Both the position numbers and the translations under genes were made by a program. A DNA stretch of 63,958 bases, counting the filler, from Octopus bimaculoides (taxonomy: Eukaryota): assembly GCF_001194135.2 (NCBI RefSeq). It is 4 parts of 3 records of this genome, joined end to end, with 100 filler letters (N's around TTAATTAATTAA, not from the genome) between each part and the next. Parts side by side here need not be neighbours in the genome. Positions count along the whole stretch, not along the records: positions 1 to 28,008 come from NC_068995.1; 3 more parts are not named here. The stretch is one strand, 5' to 3'. Below are positions 1-14,220 of the stretch, in pieces. Positions within the stretch are counted from its first letter, which is position 1; each line of letters opens with the position of its first letter. A model generated the notes under the pieces. It worked only from the letters and a program-made list of their open reading frames with translations. It searched no databases and was not told where the DNA came from.

Positions 1-992
1 ATATATATATATATATATATATATATATCAAGTATATGTATGATGGACTCTCCAGTCGAAGACGACGTATGAATGTTCATTTATATATATATGATCATGT
101 TCGAATAGGAGTGCATTGCCCATAATATATGCTCCTAAGAACTTGTTTAAAATTTTCTGGATGTCCATAAAAGAGAAGGCGTGACAATATATTAAGCTCA
201 ATGTACCCGGATGGAGATATACGCCCATATATCTTGGGCATACAAATGCATCTGTAGATCAACAGTTTCTAGAATTGGCAAGGTTAGGGACGTAGTGACC
301 TTCGCGAGAATAAATGGAGATAGATCTTCGTCTACATATATGTTTAATGTGTATGACTACAGCGAATCTCATTCCTATTATTCCTCTACGTGGCTAATTC
401 TACGAATGAGTCTTTAGGTAGAAATGTTTGGATGGGTATTATATAGTTGAACATTCTAGAACCTTTAGATAATTGTAGTAGATATTGTTTTGTGAGACGC
501 TTACGTGTCTCTTGTTAACTGAAGGTTCATTTTTGTACCTAGAAATATTTATGGTAAGGGAGAAATGAATAAAAGAAGTGTTTGCCATACTTAGCCTGTG
601 TCACGTGGCATGAAGATAGCGGATGACGTTTTCATAAATTGAAAGCTTTTTTACGAAATGAGTTTATTTCAAACACAGCATGACATTTTCCCCGTATAAA
701 AGCACATATATTTACGAACTGAATTCAACATATTCTTTCTGAACCTGGTGATGAAGCAAGGTGAAACCCTGCCGTAACTGGCAGGCATTGGAAAAAATAT
801 TTACAATCCATGTATATATTTTAATATGCAAACCGAGTGTTGAGCTTATCACTCTTTGTATAACAAAGCTTATATGATATGCTCCAAATGTATATATGTG
901 TATATTATTATTCACATATACTGCTGAGCACACGGTTTTTGGTAACATGGAATAGATATTTTGTGTTGAGTGCGGAATATAATTTTCTATGA

Positions 993-1028
<36 letters not shown>

Positions 1029-1915
1029 GGTAAGAGAGAGACATCAAGACAGACAGACAGAGAAGGAGAGGGAGAGAGAGATAGAGAAACAGAGAGAGGA
1101 GACAGAGAGGAAGCGGGACATAAAGATTAACATACAGAAAGGGAGAGAACGGAAAATATATGAGGAAAATAAATCAAATTTAGTCCCATGTGAGTCTGTA
1201 TGTATGTATGTATATATATGTGTGTGTGCATATATGTATGTATGTGTATATATGAGTGAGTGCATGTGTGTGTGTTTGCAAGTGAGTGTGCGTTTGTGTA
1301 TTCATGTACGTATTCAGACACTCACAAGGGAGTAAAAGTGATTTATTTTCCGTGCGTCTAACGATAAATGTCATTAGAATTACTTCAACCAGGCAATAAT
1401 TCCGAAAAGGTGACAAAAAAAAAAATCAAACAAACCCTAACGAATTCTATTTATTTAAAGTGTAACTAGAAAGGAATATTTTTCTTTTTAGAAAATTATA
1501 GAAAGATTGCAATGAGTAAACTAAAGTCAAACAGTATAAGATTATGAAGGTTAATAAGAAACTAGTAGTAGTTCGCAAATAATAGTTTGGGTTAGGTAGG
1601 TAGTATTATCATTGAACTAAATGGTATTAGTGCGCTTGGGTACAGCATTTAGTTTTGTGTTGGTGTAGAAGACATACGCCTCATAAATAATCGCTTCAGC
1701 GATGCATGATTTAGTAAATGAGTTTGCATTTATATTTCAGCTAGTGCAGTCGGGTTCGAGTTTATTAGTTTGCTAGTAATATGTATATTCATTATGTTTC
1801 TTTTTTGTATTGTTTTGTTTGTTTTGATTATTTGAAGTCTCCCTATAGAGAAAAAATTGGTTTCTAACGAAGAAACGAAGCTCCATGATTATAATTTAAA
1901 CAGCAAAACTTGTTA

Positions 1916-2480
1916 ATGTTTAAATGCTGCAGCTTAGATAAGTCTTGAATATTTTTACTGTTCCGCTTATAGACTGTATGTCCAAAGTGTGTGTTGCCTG
2001 GTCTCTCTGTTTGTCTGAAAACTTCAGCTTTTTTTCTTTATTACTTAGAAATTTACTCATAAGTGTAACAATAATTATAGGCGTAAATATAAATTTATAG
2101 TCTTACTAGTGAAGGTGTATTTCTAAACAGTTGTCCGAAAATATTCTCTTTTTCACAGACTTTTGACAGATATCTTAACATCTGCAGGGCAGCTGACCTC
2201 TATAACTCTACATAAATTTTCTTTTCGGTCTCAAGCAAGCTATATCAGGCCTGATATGTCTCCATTTGGCGGAAGTTTTTATGGGAACGTTTCTTCAGTT
2301 TTTCTTGTGTTGACACGTTGACACGTATGTATATATATACTCAACTTCAAGAATAATTTCTGTATTTATCCCCGGGGAGTCCTTCGTACGGATTCGACTG
2401 AATATTGTTTTAGCAACAACATCATACTGTATTAATGACATTTTTGGGCAGCTGCGGATCACATGTGTAATATCTTCCAT
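1916..2480 (-). mobile_element. Degraded 3' fragment of an RLE-type non-LTR retrotransposon (zinc-knuckle end plus restriction-like endonuclease)
   Basis: Minus-strand translation with frameshifts: EDITHVIRSCPKMS..YDVVAKTIF (end of CCHC), RPDI, LCRVIEVSCPAD (PD-(D/E)xK type), EKENIFGQLFRN, YKFIFTPIII, IQSISGTVKIFKTYL then stop. Confidence 0.8.
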
Positions 2481-2667
2481 AAAAATGTGACATAATCGAC
2501 ATCCTGGGGTTTTATTTTGCTATCTCTTTCGTTCATTAAATATTTTGAAGTTGCCTCCTGCTTTTGAAATATTTTGCAGAAGCATATACTTCGAAACTGC
2601 ACATGATTGAATAGTCATGATTTCCAGAGAGACTACATTTCCTGTCAATATTAACTTCATCATCTAA

Positions 2668-2830
2668 GTCGGCGAACTGGCAGAATCGTTAGCGCGCCGG
2701 ACAAAATGCTTAGTGGTATTTCGTGTCTTTACATTGTGTGTTCAAATTCCGCTGGGGTTGAATTTGCCTTTTATCCGTACAGGGTTGATGAATAAATAAT
2801 AATTCATCACTGGTGTTGCTGTGATCGACT
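2668..2830 (+). mobile_element. tRNA-derived SINE, family B (ggcggcgagctggcagaatcgttag type)
   Basis: A-box-like ctggcagaatcgttag and B-box-like gttcaaattcc; homologous to many other copies in the window; runs into a gap. Confidence 0.85.
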
Positions 2831-3426
2831 TNNNNNNNNNNGAAATTCATCTCCTTGTGCCAACAGTTGAAACCAATTTTAGAAACATCCTCAAAGTTAC
2901 ATAAAAAATACGTATGTATCACTATTTTAAGTTTCTTTATATACGTAGGCCGGTTTACCTATGATAATAGGTACAAATGAGAATCCACATTCTGGATATA
3001 GGAACTTTAAGCTTCGCAGTAGATGTACTCAGTTTTCGAATCGCCTTTTTTTTTTTCCAAAATTTAACCGTTCATGTTCGTCTTATACAAACCCTTAGTT
3101 TTAAACGCGACATTCCGTTGAACAAATCACTTCTAAAACTGTGTATGTTTCAGATTCCATAGGAAAATAGCCCTCTTGCTGTGTTGTAGTTGATTACTAT
3201 TTTAGTTAGGATTTTCCAGTAGCATTGTTTATTTTAAATGCTCCCCTTAAACTCCGATTTTGGTGAGGCTTGCGTATCACTGCCATAGCAATATTTCCAA
3301 CGGAGAGACTTGTAAATTGCTAGTAGGTGGGGGGGGGGGACGAAAGAGATTTTGAGGCATCTTTGGTAAATATAGTTTGATGTTTCCGCCCCTACTAAAT
3401 CACATTTGATATAGTTTCATCAGAAA

Positions 3427-3650
3427 GGCAGTAAGCTGACAGGGTCGTTAGAACGCCAGGCGAAATACTTAGTAGTGTTCGAATTCCGCCGAGGTTGACT
3501 TTACCTTTCATCCTTTCGAGGTTGATAAATTGCCTTTCATCCTTTCGGGGTCAATGAAATAAGTACCAGTTGAACACTGGGGGGAATGTAATCGAATTAC
3601 TACCCTCCCTCGAAATTCCTGGCCTTGTGCAAAAATGTTAAACCAATATT
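3427..3650 (+). mobile_element. SINE family B copy with an internal tandem duplication of cctttcatcctttcg
   Basis: Matches other B copies (ttccgccgaggttgacttt, aataagtaccagttgaacactgggg, ggccttgtgc); the cctttcatcctttcg segment occurs twice. Confidence 0.85.
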
Positions 3651-4089
3651 TTCGATCAGACCATGGAGGAATGGAGACATCGTTATCTCATTCATTAGGG
3701 AATTTCGTAACTATTTACTGTTCCTGATTACCAAAGCTTAACTTTCCAGTTGGGTTCGAATATGCCTGTCACAAGCCCTGTTCAAGCTCATCTTCAAAAT
3801 AGAGCCCTTTTTTGTTTGGGGGGTAAGCACTATATTATTTTATACGTACGTTATGTTTGCAGATGTTTAAGCCACCTTAAACTCGTTATGTAGTTGTCCA
3901 CGAGGTTATCTTTTTGTGGTCAGCATGAAATAGCAGCGAAATCTTCCCCAAGTTACACACTACAGTATTGAAAATAGAGGTTGATTGGTGGATGCATCAG
4001 GTTAGTCCCAGGTGCACAATACACGAGAGAAAGAGGTGGTGGTCATTGCTGGATCAACGTAGATCATATGTATATGCATATTCAGTCAT

Positions 4090-4715
4090 GTCTGAACCGG
4101 GACTAAATGCTAGCACCACCATCACCGCCGCCACCACCGCCACCACCACCACTACCAACACGACGACGAAACCTACCACCAACACCATAACAAATTCGAC
4201 GACAAGCACGACGGGGATGACCACTACCATCACCACCACCACCACCACCACCATCATCTTGACAACACCACTACCACCACTACCATCACCACCACAACCA
4301 CCACCACCACCACCACCACCACCATCATCATCATCATCCTGCCTACACCAATACCGTCACGACCATCACCACAAGCACCATCAACACCATTTTCACCACC
4401 ATCACAACTACCCCCACCACCACCACCAACACCACCATCACCGTTACCACCATCACCATCACCGCCATCACTAACACCACCACCACCACTACCAGATCGT
4501 CGCCATCATGTCACAACACCTTCACCACCATCAAAAACAACAAGGTCACCATTACTTCCGTTGTCAACACAACAACAATCTTCTGCAAAATCCCCGCTAA
4601 AAACCACCAACACCACTACGACCTCCACCACTACCCAAGCAACCACTGTCGTTATTACCACTTACACCATCGCCGCCGCCACCGCCGCCGCCGCCGCTGC
4701 TGCTGCTGTTGCTGC
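4090..4715. repeat. Degenerate (ACC)n/(CAT)n trinucleotide patchwork
   Basis: Direct reading; explains the poly-T/P/H ORFs in the track. Confidence 0.95.
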
Positions 4716-4902
4716 CACCGATACGAAGTGAATGAGAAGATGTTATCGTTTCCTGCCAATAAGATATATTCTTCGATGACTGATTAAAACGCAATGGTTC
4801 ATTTAAAGAACATTTTTACCTTTAAATGTGTCTTGCAAATAATCTTTGCATTTCTCAACGCTTTTCTTTATTTCTCTCTGTCTCTCTGTCTCTCTCACTC
4901 TT

Positions 4903-4936
<34 letters not shown>

Positions 4937-5095
4937 CCTCTCTCCCGTTCTTTTTCGTTTTGTCTTTATAATTCCTGATAACTTCTCCCCTCAAACGTAT
5001 TCTGCAATTTCTCCCACTCTCCCTGTGGCTCACCATGTTTCTCTGATTCTCTATTCCTCTCCGTCTTTCTCTCTCTGTCTCTAGGTCTCTCTCTA

Positions 5096-5136
<41 letters not shown>

Positions 5137-5852
5137 CCCACACGCATATACACTCAAAGACTTTCTCTTTCAATCGATAGCAAACGATTTATTCCGGCAG
5201 CTNNNNNNNNNNNNNNNNNNNNNNNNNNNNNNNNNNNNNNNNNNNNNNNNNNNNNNNNNNNNNNNNNNNNNNNNNNNNNNNNNNNNNNNNNNNNNNNNNN
5301 NNNNNNNNNNNNNNNNNNNNNNNNNNNNNNNNNNNNNNNNNNNNNNNNNNNNNNNNNNNNNNNNNNNNNNNNNNNNNNNNNNNNNNNNNNNNNNNNNNNN
5401 NNNNNNNNNNNNNNNNNNNNNNNNNNNNNNNNNNNNNNNNNNNNNNNNNNNNNNNNNNNNNNNNNNNNNNNNNNNNNNNNNNNNNNNNNNNNNNNNNNNN
5501 NNNNNNNNNNNNNNNNNNNNNNNNNNNNNNNNNNNNNNNNNNNNNNNNNNNNNNNNNNNNNNNNNNNNNNNNNNNNNNNNNNNNNNNNNNNNNNNNNNNN
5601 NNNNNNNNNNNNNNNNNNNNNNNNNNNNNNNNNNNNNNNNNNNNNNNNNNNNNNNNNNNNNNNNNNNNNNNNNNNNNNNNNNNNNNNNNNNNNNNNNNNN
5701 NNNNNNNNNNNNNNNNNNNNNNNNNNNNNNNNNNNNNNNNNNNNNNNNNNNNNNNNNNNNNNNNNNNNNNNNNNNNNNNNNNNNNNNNNNNNNNNNNNNN
5801 NNNNNNNNNNNNNNNNNNNNNNNNNNNNNNNNNNNNNNNNNNNNNNNNNNNN

Positions 5853-6311
5853 TATATATATATATATATGTACCTAAATGTGTATACGTATGTATGTATA
5901 TGTAAGTATTTATATATGATATATATGTGTGTATGTGTGTGTCTTTACATACGCAAGAGATTTAACACTAGCCAATTTGGAATAAATTCAGATATTTGTG
6001 TATCCGTGTTTTTATCTCACGGTTATTTATATACTTTAAACGTTTACGTTAACACACACACACACACACACATACACACAGACACGCGCACACTCACACA
6101 CACAGAGGCAGAGACACAGACACACATAACATAGTCACACGTACTCACATACACAAACATATGCATGTATGCAAGTATGTATACGTGTGTATGTGTCTGT
6201 ATGTATGCATGAACCTCTATATGTCTATCTATTGGTCTCTCTCATCCGCTCGCTCAGTCTTTCTCGCAGAATATTCATAGATAAATCCATACTGATATAT
6301 GTGTATATATG

Positions 6312-6380
<69 letters not shown>

Positions 6381-6668
6381 GAATTTACATATATATTATA
6401 TATGTATATATGTATTACACACACACATTTATATATATACACACATGTATTTGCATATATATATATATACATGCATACATATGTATATATGCGTATATAC
6501 ATATATATACATTCATATATACAGACAGACACACACACACATATATATATATACATATACATACACACATATGTATATATCTAACATGCATACATATGTA
6601 TATATGCGTATATACATATATATATACATTCATATATACAGAGAGAGACACACACATATGTATGCAAG

Positions 6669-6700
<32 letters not shown>

Positions 6701-6706
6701 TGTATG

Positions 6707-6740
<34 letters not shown>

Positions 6741-6980
6741 NNNNNNNNNNNNNNNNNNNNNNNNNNNNNNNNNNNNNNNNNNNNNNTATGTCTCTCTGGC
6801 TCTCTATCGATCTGTCTCTCTCATTCATTCTCACCATCTTTTTCTCAGAACATACACACACACAAACGCGCGCACAAACATATATATGTAATATATCTAT
6901 ATACATTATATAAACATATATAGACGCTCACTCACACACAAACGCACACACACACACTCACACACGCACACATATGTATA
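5853..6980. repeat. Compound (TA)n/(CA)n/(TATG)n microsatellite field
   Basis: Direct reading; includes a ~70-bp internal duplication (about 6471-6540 versus 6587-6655). Confidence 0.95.
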
Positions 6981-8768
6981 CAACAAGCTTGTAGGGTTTC
7001 ATCATCTGTTTACTTTGCCAACTGACGACGTTCATACGTATCAAATATTATTTTAGAGTTTGCAAAAACGACAATACCAGTCCCTTCATTGGTATATGAT
7101 TACCTCTGTGATGACAGGCGTTAAAAGGGTTTGCTAGTAATGGCGGCCATAATGAAATAATAAGTTCTATTATTAACCCGGTGTAAATTTTGCAACTTCA
7201 GCTCATAAATTGACACCGGAAGGCCTTTTCTCATTATCAATACGTTCCAATATATGCTGACTGTATTAATTTTAACTTAAATGCTAGAAAAATGCAAATT
7301 TATACAATAATTAACTCTGCCAAACTTTTATTAATTGACGTTCCTTCATCGTAGTTACCACATTAATACGTTTGCCAAACGCATCGATCGTGAACGAAAC
7401 TTGAGATGGAGAATAATAATATACAAGTTTATATATATATATATATATATATATNNNNNNNNNNNNNNNNNNNNNNNNNNNNNNNNNNNNNNNNNNNNNN
7501 NNNNNNNNNNNNNNNNNNNNNNNNNNNNNNNNNNNNNNNNNNNNNNNNNNNNNNNNNNNNNNNNNNNNNNNNNNNNNNNNNNNNNNNNNNNNNNNNNNNN
7601 NNNNNNNNNNNNNNNNNNNNNNNNNNNNNNNNNNNNNNNNNNNNNNNNNNNNNNNNNNNNNNNNNNNNNNNNNNNNNNNNNNNNNNNNNNNNNNNNNNNN
7701 NNNNNNNNNNNNNNNNNNNNNNNNNNNNNNNNNNNNNNNNNNNNNNNNNNNNNNNNNNNNNNNNNNNNNNNNNNNNNNNNNNNNNNNNNNNNNNNNNNNN
7801 NNNNNNNNNNNNNNNNNNNNNNNNNTATATATATATATATATGTATGTATATATATATACATACATACAAACGTATATGTATACATAGATGCGTTTATGC
7901 AAATATATATTCATACATACGCATACATACATGCATACATACATACTTCCAAGTATATGCGCGTGCGGCTGTATATTATGCGTCTCGAAATAATGCAATT
8001 TACGAAGAAATCTTAGAAGAACTTGTCGAGTTGAAAGAAAACCTTCCTTCATACTTCTGCCGCTTCTTCCGTTTCGCGTTGTTACCATGTAAACCTTGAA
8101 TAGATGTTTTAGACCAAACTATGAAGGTCTATTCACATTAAGTTTTTGCTGTTATTGATACTGCTGCCGCAACTGCTGCTACTACTGCTGCTGCTGCCGT
8201 TGCAGTTGTGATTGCTTTACCGCAGTTCAGACCCCTACTCAAACATGTTTTAGCCGTGTCTATCCGACCTTTTTTCCAAGGCAGTTTCTTAATCCTAGTT
8301 GTCATTTTCTTGTGCCGTCTTGTCCAAAACGTTTGCATCCATTTCAAGGTGAAATTACTATTACGTCAAATCACGTGAACGACTATGCCACTACAATCTC
8401 GTTAGCATATAGATGTCGCTTCGCCTGCTCTTCTTGTTATTGTTGATGTTGATGTTTAGGTTCTTAGGTTCGGGTCAGTCCTGCTAAAACAAATTCACCG
8501 ACGAAGTCATTCCAATAGAAAATATCATGGAACTTTGCACTCCGTGTTATCCTTTTCTAACTCAGTACAAACGTAACTTGAGTAACGTCTAGCTGCTATT
8601 TCTTGTAGGTCAGTCGGACTTTATTTTTAATTAATTAACTTACATACTTGAATTAAACGAATTAAAAAGTGTCCAGAATAAAATAAATAACAGCAGCACC
8701 TCCACCACCACCACCACCACCACAACGACGACGACCACCACCAACAACAATAGTATTGGTTTCAAATA

Positions 8769-9770
8769 TTGGCACTGCAAAAATACTTACTTCAGCAACA
8801 AGGAAAAATAATACAAGTAGCCACAAAACACGAGCAAAACAAAAAACTATTTTCAGTATTTAAGGAAGCTGACAAATACAAACAAGAAATCATACTACCT
8901 AATAAATATGAAAAAGAAGAAGAAACAACAAAAGCTATAAAACAAATGAAATCCAAACTAAAACTAGAACAGCAACCGACCATGATAAAATGATGGCAAG
9001 AAAAGCCCCTTCATAGAAGATACTGGGCTAAAATAAATGGAAAAGAAATAGAGAGAGAAAAATCTCAGCAATGGTTGAGAAGCTCAGGACTCAAAGCAGA
9101 GACTGAAGGATTTTTAATTGCTGCACAAGACCAAAGGCTCCCCACCAAAAATTACCAAAAACATATAATGAAAAGAAACATAACAAGTAACTGCAGAATA
9201 TGTGGAGATCGACAAGAAACAATAAATCATATTATCTCTGGCTGCCCAGTCCTGGCTAAGAAGGAATATATTGACAGACACAACAGAGCTGATACCTACA
9301 TACACTGGAAGCTATGCCAACACTATGAAATAACAACAGAAAAAAGATGGTAGAGGCACACGCCAGAAAAGGTCACAGAAAACGAGAAAGCAACCATACT
9401 CTGGGATATGCCAATACACACAGATAGAGAAATTAAGGCCAATATGCCAGATATAGTTGTCAGGGATCACGAAGAAAAAAAAATGCCTTCTCATTGAAGT
9501 ATCAATACCAACAGATGACAATGTTTCCCTAAAAGAAATGGAGAAACTTTCAAAATGGAGAAACTTGGAAATAGAGGTAACTCGAATGTGGAATCTAAAA
9601 ACAGAAACAATTCCTATCATAGTGGGCACTTTAGGTATGATAAAAAAATATTCAGACAAATACATAACACATACACCAGGACTTACAAGTATATATAACA
9701 TAGAGAAAACAGCACTACTGGGCACCGCATACATCCTATGCAAGACACTTTCAATAGAGTAACCATAATA
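8769..9770 (+). mobile_element. 5'-truncated R4/Dong-like non-LTR retrotransposon (post-RT region, CCHC zinc knuckle, RLE), pseudogenised
   Basis: WLRSSGLKAETEGFLIAAQDQ, CRICGDRQETINHIISGC, RHNR..YIHW, ILWDMPIHTDREIKANMPDIV, LIEVSIP, KTALLGTAYILCKTLSIE; in-frame stops at 8991 and 9351, frameshift in the A-run near 9480. Confidence 0.93.
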
Positions 9771-11090
9771 TATATATATATATATATATAAATATAGCTA
9801 GATAGATCCATTTATATGGATAGATGGATAGATAGGCGAGATTAGCCCCGAGCACTTTTGTCCTCGCAAGTAAACCTCACTTAAGTTTCTTGCATTCTCC
9901 TATCCCTCCTTCCCGCTTTCCGTATATTTTCTTCTCATTTTAAGATCCCTTGGTATCTTGCCACCCTTGTTTGTTCCGCCAACTCCCCACCATCATAAGG
10001 GAATAGAGTTATGTTTCTGGGAGGAAATGATTTTGATTTTTAAATCCTCTCTCCCACGTTTCCTGACCAGTTTCCTGGTTGACTCTTGGGAGAGAGGAGG
10101 AAGCGATCACTTACTCTGTTTCTAGATATGTGACTGGTGGTATCTTGGGGACAGCAAATAGCTATTCCCAAGATACAAGTTATCCACAATTTCTGTTACT
10201 ATCGACATGATTTCTTTCCTTTTAGCTTATCTAGCCAAAAAACCTTTAAGTGCCAGTCAGTGCCACATGAATAGCAACAGGGTTTCCTGCTCTGCAGCGC
10301 CAGTCATAATGCACTGACTATGAAGCATTATTCTGAAATCGCTTTATAGCCCTATTGTGTGTATGTGTGTGTATGTGTGTGTATGTGTGTGTGTACGTGT
10401 GTGTGTTTTGTTTGGTTGTTTGGTCGAGGGCATTAGGAATCATATGATGATAGAGACCCCACCCGATCACATATCTGCGACACCACCCTATCTATAGTTC
10501 TTATGCTTCTCTGGTTATCATTCGTTTGAAAATAATACTTTTCTTATTTCTTCTCACAACACTTGTTTGACATTATGTTTGTTCCTTCTCTCTTCTCTGG
10601 AATAACCGAGATCAAATGTATTTATGATCGAAGCCATTATCACCACATAATCATCCAGTTATATTTTTCAAGCATTGTTTATCGCAAACTGGCTAATCCA
10701 ATGTGCCTTTTCTTCTTCGTAACACATTGGATTGATAAAGATTTGACTTCTCTTTCCAGCATATTGGGCAAACACATACAGACACACTCATTCGCTGTGT
10801 CAAAACACTCCACAAGGTCACATTTAACTAGACACTCGCCCACGAACAAGGATATATTATTACACCTCACACTGACCTTGTTATTTCTCTAAATTATAAC
10901 ATCCGATTATCATATTTCTATAAATATTATGAAATAAACCACGTTATTCATAAACGGAAATCTATAGCAGAGTATGGCTATGTTAGTGCGTCGTTTGACA
11001 CCGACGAGGCATACACACTGTCAAATGTGCATAAATAAGTACAAATAAGCATTCATACACACGTACGTACATACGTACATACATACTTAC

Positions 11091-11179
11091 ATTGATATTG
11101 TTCAAACCTCAATGAAGGATTCTTGGATCTAGGTTAGAAACCGGCTCTTTATTGGCAAGAATTCTAAATAAAACTGAAT
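11091..11179 (+). mobile_element. Short non-microsatellite stub, possible retroelement 3' end, within a (TACA)n/(TACG)n tract
   Basis: Unique ~90 bp flanked on both sides by tacatac repeats; gttagaaacc..ttt..at.gg.aga..tc.aaata resembles the region downstream of the stop codon of the 1916-2480 element. Confidence 0.4.
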
Positions 11180-12024
11180 GACATACATACAGACGCACGT
11201 ACCTACGTACGTACGTATATATATATATATATATATATATATATNNNNNNNNNNNNNNNNNNNNNNNNNNNNNNNNNNNNNNNNNNNNNNNNNNNNNNNN
11301 NNNNNNNNNNNNNNNNNNNNNNNNNNNNNNNNNNNNNNNNNNNNNNNNNNNNNNNNNNNNNNNNNNNNNNNNNNNNNNNNNNNNNNNNNNNNNNNNNNNN
11401 NNNNNNNNNNNNNNNNNNNNNNNNNNNNNNNNNNNNNNNNNNNNNNNNNNNNNNNNNNNNNNNNNNNNNNNNNNNNNNNNNNNNNNNNNNNNNNNNNNNN
11501 NNNNNNNNNNNNTATATATATATATGCATGCATGTATAAATACATACATACATACGCACGTACATATATATACATACGTATATACTTATATACATATATA
11601 TATATATAAATACGTACATACATATACATACATAGGTACGTACATACATACATAACACCTTTTGGACGTTTCTTTCAACAATTAAACCGATTCTTCGAGC
11701 CTAAATCAGTAAGTGGTTTATCTCTTCTGATATGACTAAGGCAGACCCCGTTTGCTTACCAACGTAGCATTAACCAGACCTGATATCAGAACACACTTCA
11801 CATCACGTGGAATTCCTCTACTTCAATCGTTGCTGATAGTTATGACAACCATACTAACACCGATATCAAGACAAGATGCATAACAATATCTATTAATGAC
11901 TTGTAGGTACGTGGTATTTCGTTATGCAACCATAATATGCTATAAGGTATATTAAACGTTTTTATAAGTCAATACCGCGTTCTACTGCGTTTAGCAGTGA
12001 GCGCATATTACTTCGTTAAGGCTG

Positions 12025-12420
12025 TCTCTACGTTGTTGTTGTTGGCACTCCGTCGCTTACGACGTCGATGGTTCCAGTTGATCCGATCAACGGAACAGCC
12101 TGCTCGTGAAATTAACGTGCAAGTGGTTGAGCACTCCACAGACACGTGTACCCTAAACGTAGTTCTCGGGTATATGCAGCGTGACACAGTGTGACAAGGC
12201 TGATCCTTTGAATTACAGGCACAACAGAAACAGGAAGTAAGAGTGAGAGAAAGTTGTGGTAGAAGAGTACAGCAGGGTTCGCCACCATCCCCTGCCGGAG
12301 CCTCGTGGAGCTTTAGGTGTTTTCGCTCAATAAACACTCACAACGCCCGGTCTGGGAATCGAAACCGCGATCCTATGATCGCGAGTCGGCTGCCCTAACC
12401 ACTGGGACATTGCGCCTCCA
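12025..12420 (-). mobile_element. tRNA-derived SINE, family D, near full length with (AAC)n tail
   Basis: Minus-strand head ggaggcgcaatgtcccagtggttaggg (A box) and ggtttcgattccc (B box); ends in an (AAC)n tail at about 12025-12040. Confidence 0.85.
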
Positions 12421-12907
12421 CTGGCTGTCTCTACAGATATTCCATAAAAATTATAGCCAGCGCTGGTTCTTGTTGCTACGTTCGTATACAAGACGTTAGA
12501 CATAAACGAACAATGAGATCGAAGATGAAAAATGGGTAATGGACATATACGCTCATTACACATTTTCCATCATCGATCTTATTGTTTGTTTATATCTGGT
12601 GGCTCGGATAGGAAACGTCGTAACAAAACTAGTGCTGGCTATAATTTCTATGGAATACTTTTTGAGATAAAATTAACAAAGTAATACAGCTTCTGTGTTC
12701 TTTATGATGACGTAAGTAGTATTCTTGTTTGACATGCACTTAACATGTAAACCAAAGATCTGCGTAATTCCGTGCACTGAAAAAGTCAGTAGTGATAACA
12801 CGTCTGTCGGCTGCATGAAGAGGCTGAAAAGGAAATACTGGAACGAGGTTTTGTCCAAACTCAAGCATTCATAATACAAACGTACACACACCACACAAGC
12901 ACATTCA

Positions 12908-13505
12908 GCTTTTATCTGTTACTTGTTTCGCTTGTTTCGGTCATTGGACTGCAGCCATATGTATCGACTCTAGAACTTTTTTTTTTATTTTTTTAAGCCT
13001 GGTACTTATTCGTTCGTTCTGTTTTGCGGAACTGCTAGGTTAGAGGAAAGTAAACAGACCAATACCGGTTATCAAGCAGTGGGGAGAGACGAACGAAGAC
13101 ACAAAGACATACTCCCGTGTACACACACACACACACACACAAACACACACATGCAGACACAGACAAACGCACATGCATTCACATACACACATGCAGACAC
13201 ACACACACATGCAAACACAAAGACGCACTCTCGTGTACACACACACACGCACACACACACGGACACAAAAACGCACCCACGTGTACACACACACACATAT
13301 GCAGACACTCACACACACACTTACACGCACACACATATACACACGACGGGCTTCTTTCACTTCCCGTCGACCCAAATCCACTCACATGATTTTGGTCGGC
13401 CCGGAGCTATATTAGAAGACACTCGGCCAAGTTGCCGTGTAGTGAAACTGAAACTGGATCAACGTGGTTGGGAATGAAGCTTCTTACCCACACAGCCACA
13501 CCCGC
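12908..13505 (-). mobile_element. tRNA-derived SINE, family A, with an expanded internal (CA)n tract
   Basis: Reverse complement of 26861-27238: ccggttatcaagc, gggcttctttcac, agaagacactcggccaag, cttcttacccacacagccac. Confidence 0.88.
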
Positions 13506-14119
13506 ACAGACTCATTTCCATCCCCGGATACTCGGGACCTCTTTGGGTGGGGGATATCGCCAAACAGCGCAGTCGAGATTACAAACTAACCTAAAGAGGC
13601 CTGTGACTGAGGGAAAACATTGTTGGGAGAAACCTCCCCTCGCCCCACGATGAGAGCAGAGCTATTCAAAAGAGCGACAGGGTTACAACATATCAAAACC
13701 TCCACTAAACTTTTAACAACATCATTATCGACAACAACTTAAAGAACAAGGTCAACAACAACAACAAGATAAATGAAAATCACGAACACATCTTAACTGC
13801 AGCCCATCACCCCCACCGCACATCATCTCTGACAGAAAGAAAAAAGCAGAAAAATGATAAATCTGTCACAAGGCCAACAACAGCAACTGCAAAGTTATAT
13901 AAGAAGGAAAGTTCATTAGACTTAGTGTTGATGGAAAGAACATGATTGAATTGAAGAGCGAGGAGGTAATAAATACCCCTCCCCCAATCTGTTATCAGTG
14001 GGGAAGGTTTTATCGAGATTGTCCTCCAGAGCGCCTAAATTTAGAATCTAAATATAGGCCGATTCGCAGGCATGCAGAGAATTAGGAAGTTTTATTTTCT
14101 ATTTGCTGTGGAGTTATTT

Positions 14120-14220
14120 TATAAAAAAATAGTTCAGTAGAAACGCTGTGCTTTTCAAAAGTTCCCGCTCAACCATAGACGAGGCTGAATCAACTGACTT
14201 TCTGTAAGACCAAGGTGAGT
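14120..14220 (+). promoter_or_regulatory. Candidate TATA box with a short non-coding first exon ending in a consensus splice donor
   Basis: TATAAAA at 14120-14126; AAG|GTGAGT with GT at 14215; the interval is closed in all three frames; CCAAT at 13984. Motif-only support. Confidence 0.3.

Noticed and set aside
28-420. Short ORFs and GC-moderate unique sequence at the window start
   Set aside because: No recognisable motif in any frame; possibly an unidentified repeat remnant.
3968-4474. 168-aa T/P/H-rich ORF and the many YIYI, HTHT and CVCV ORFs
   Set aside because: Translations of microsatellites or N gaps with no domain signal.
10140-10735. Two short hairpins (gtatcttggg/cccaagatac; aatccaatgtg/cacattggatt) as pre-miRNAs
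   Set aside because: Stems of 10-11 bp do not extend to the roughly 30-bp duplex expected of a pre-miRNA.
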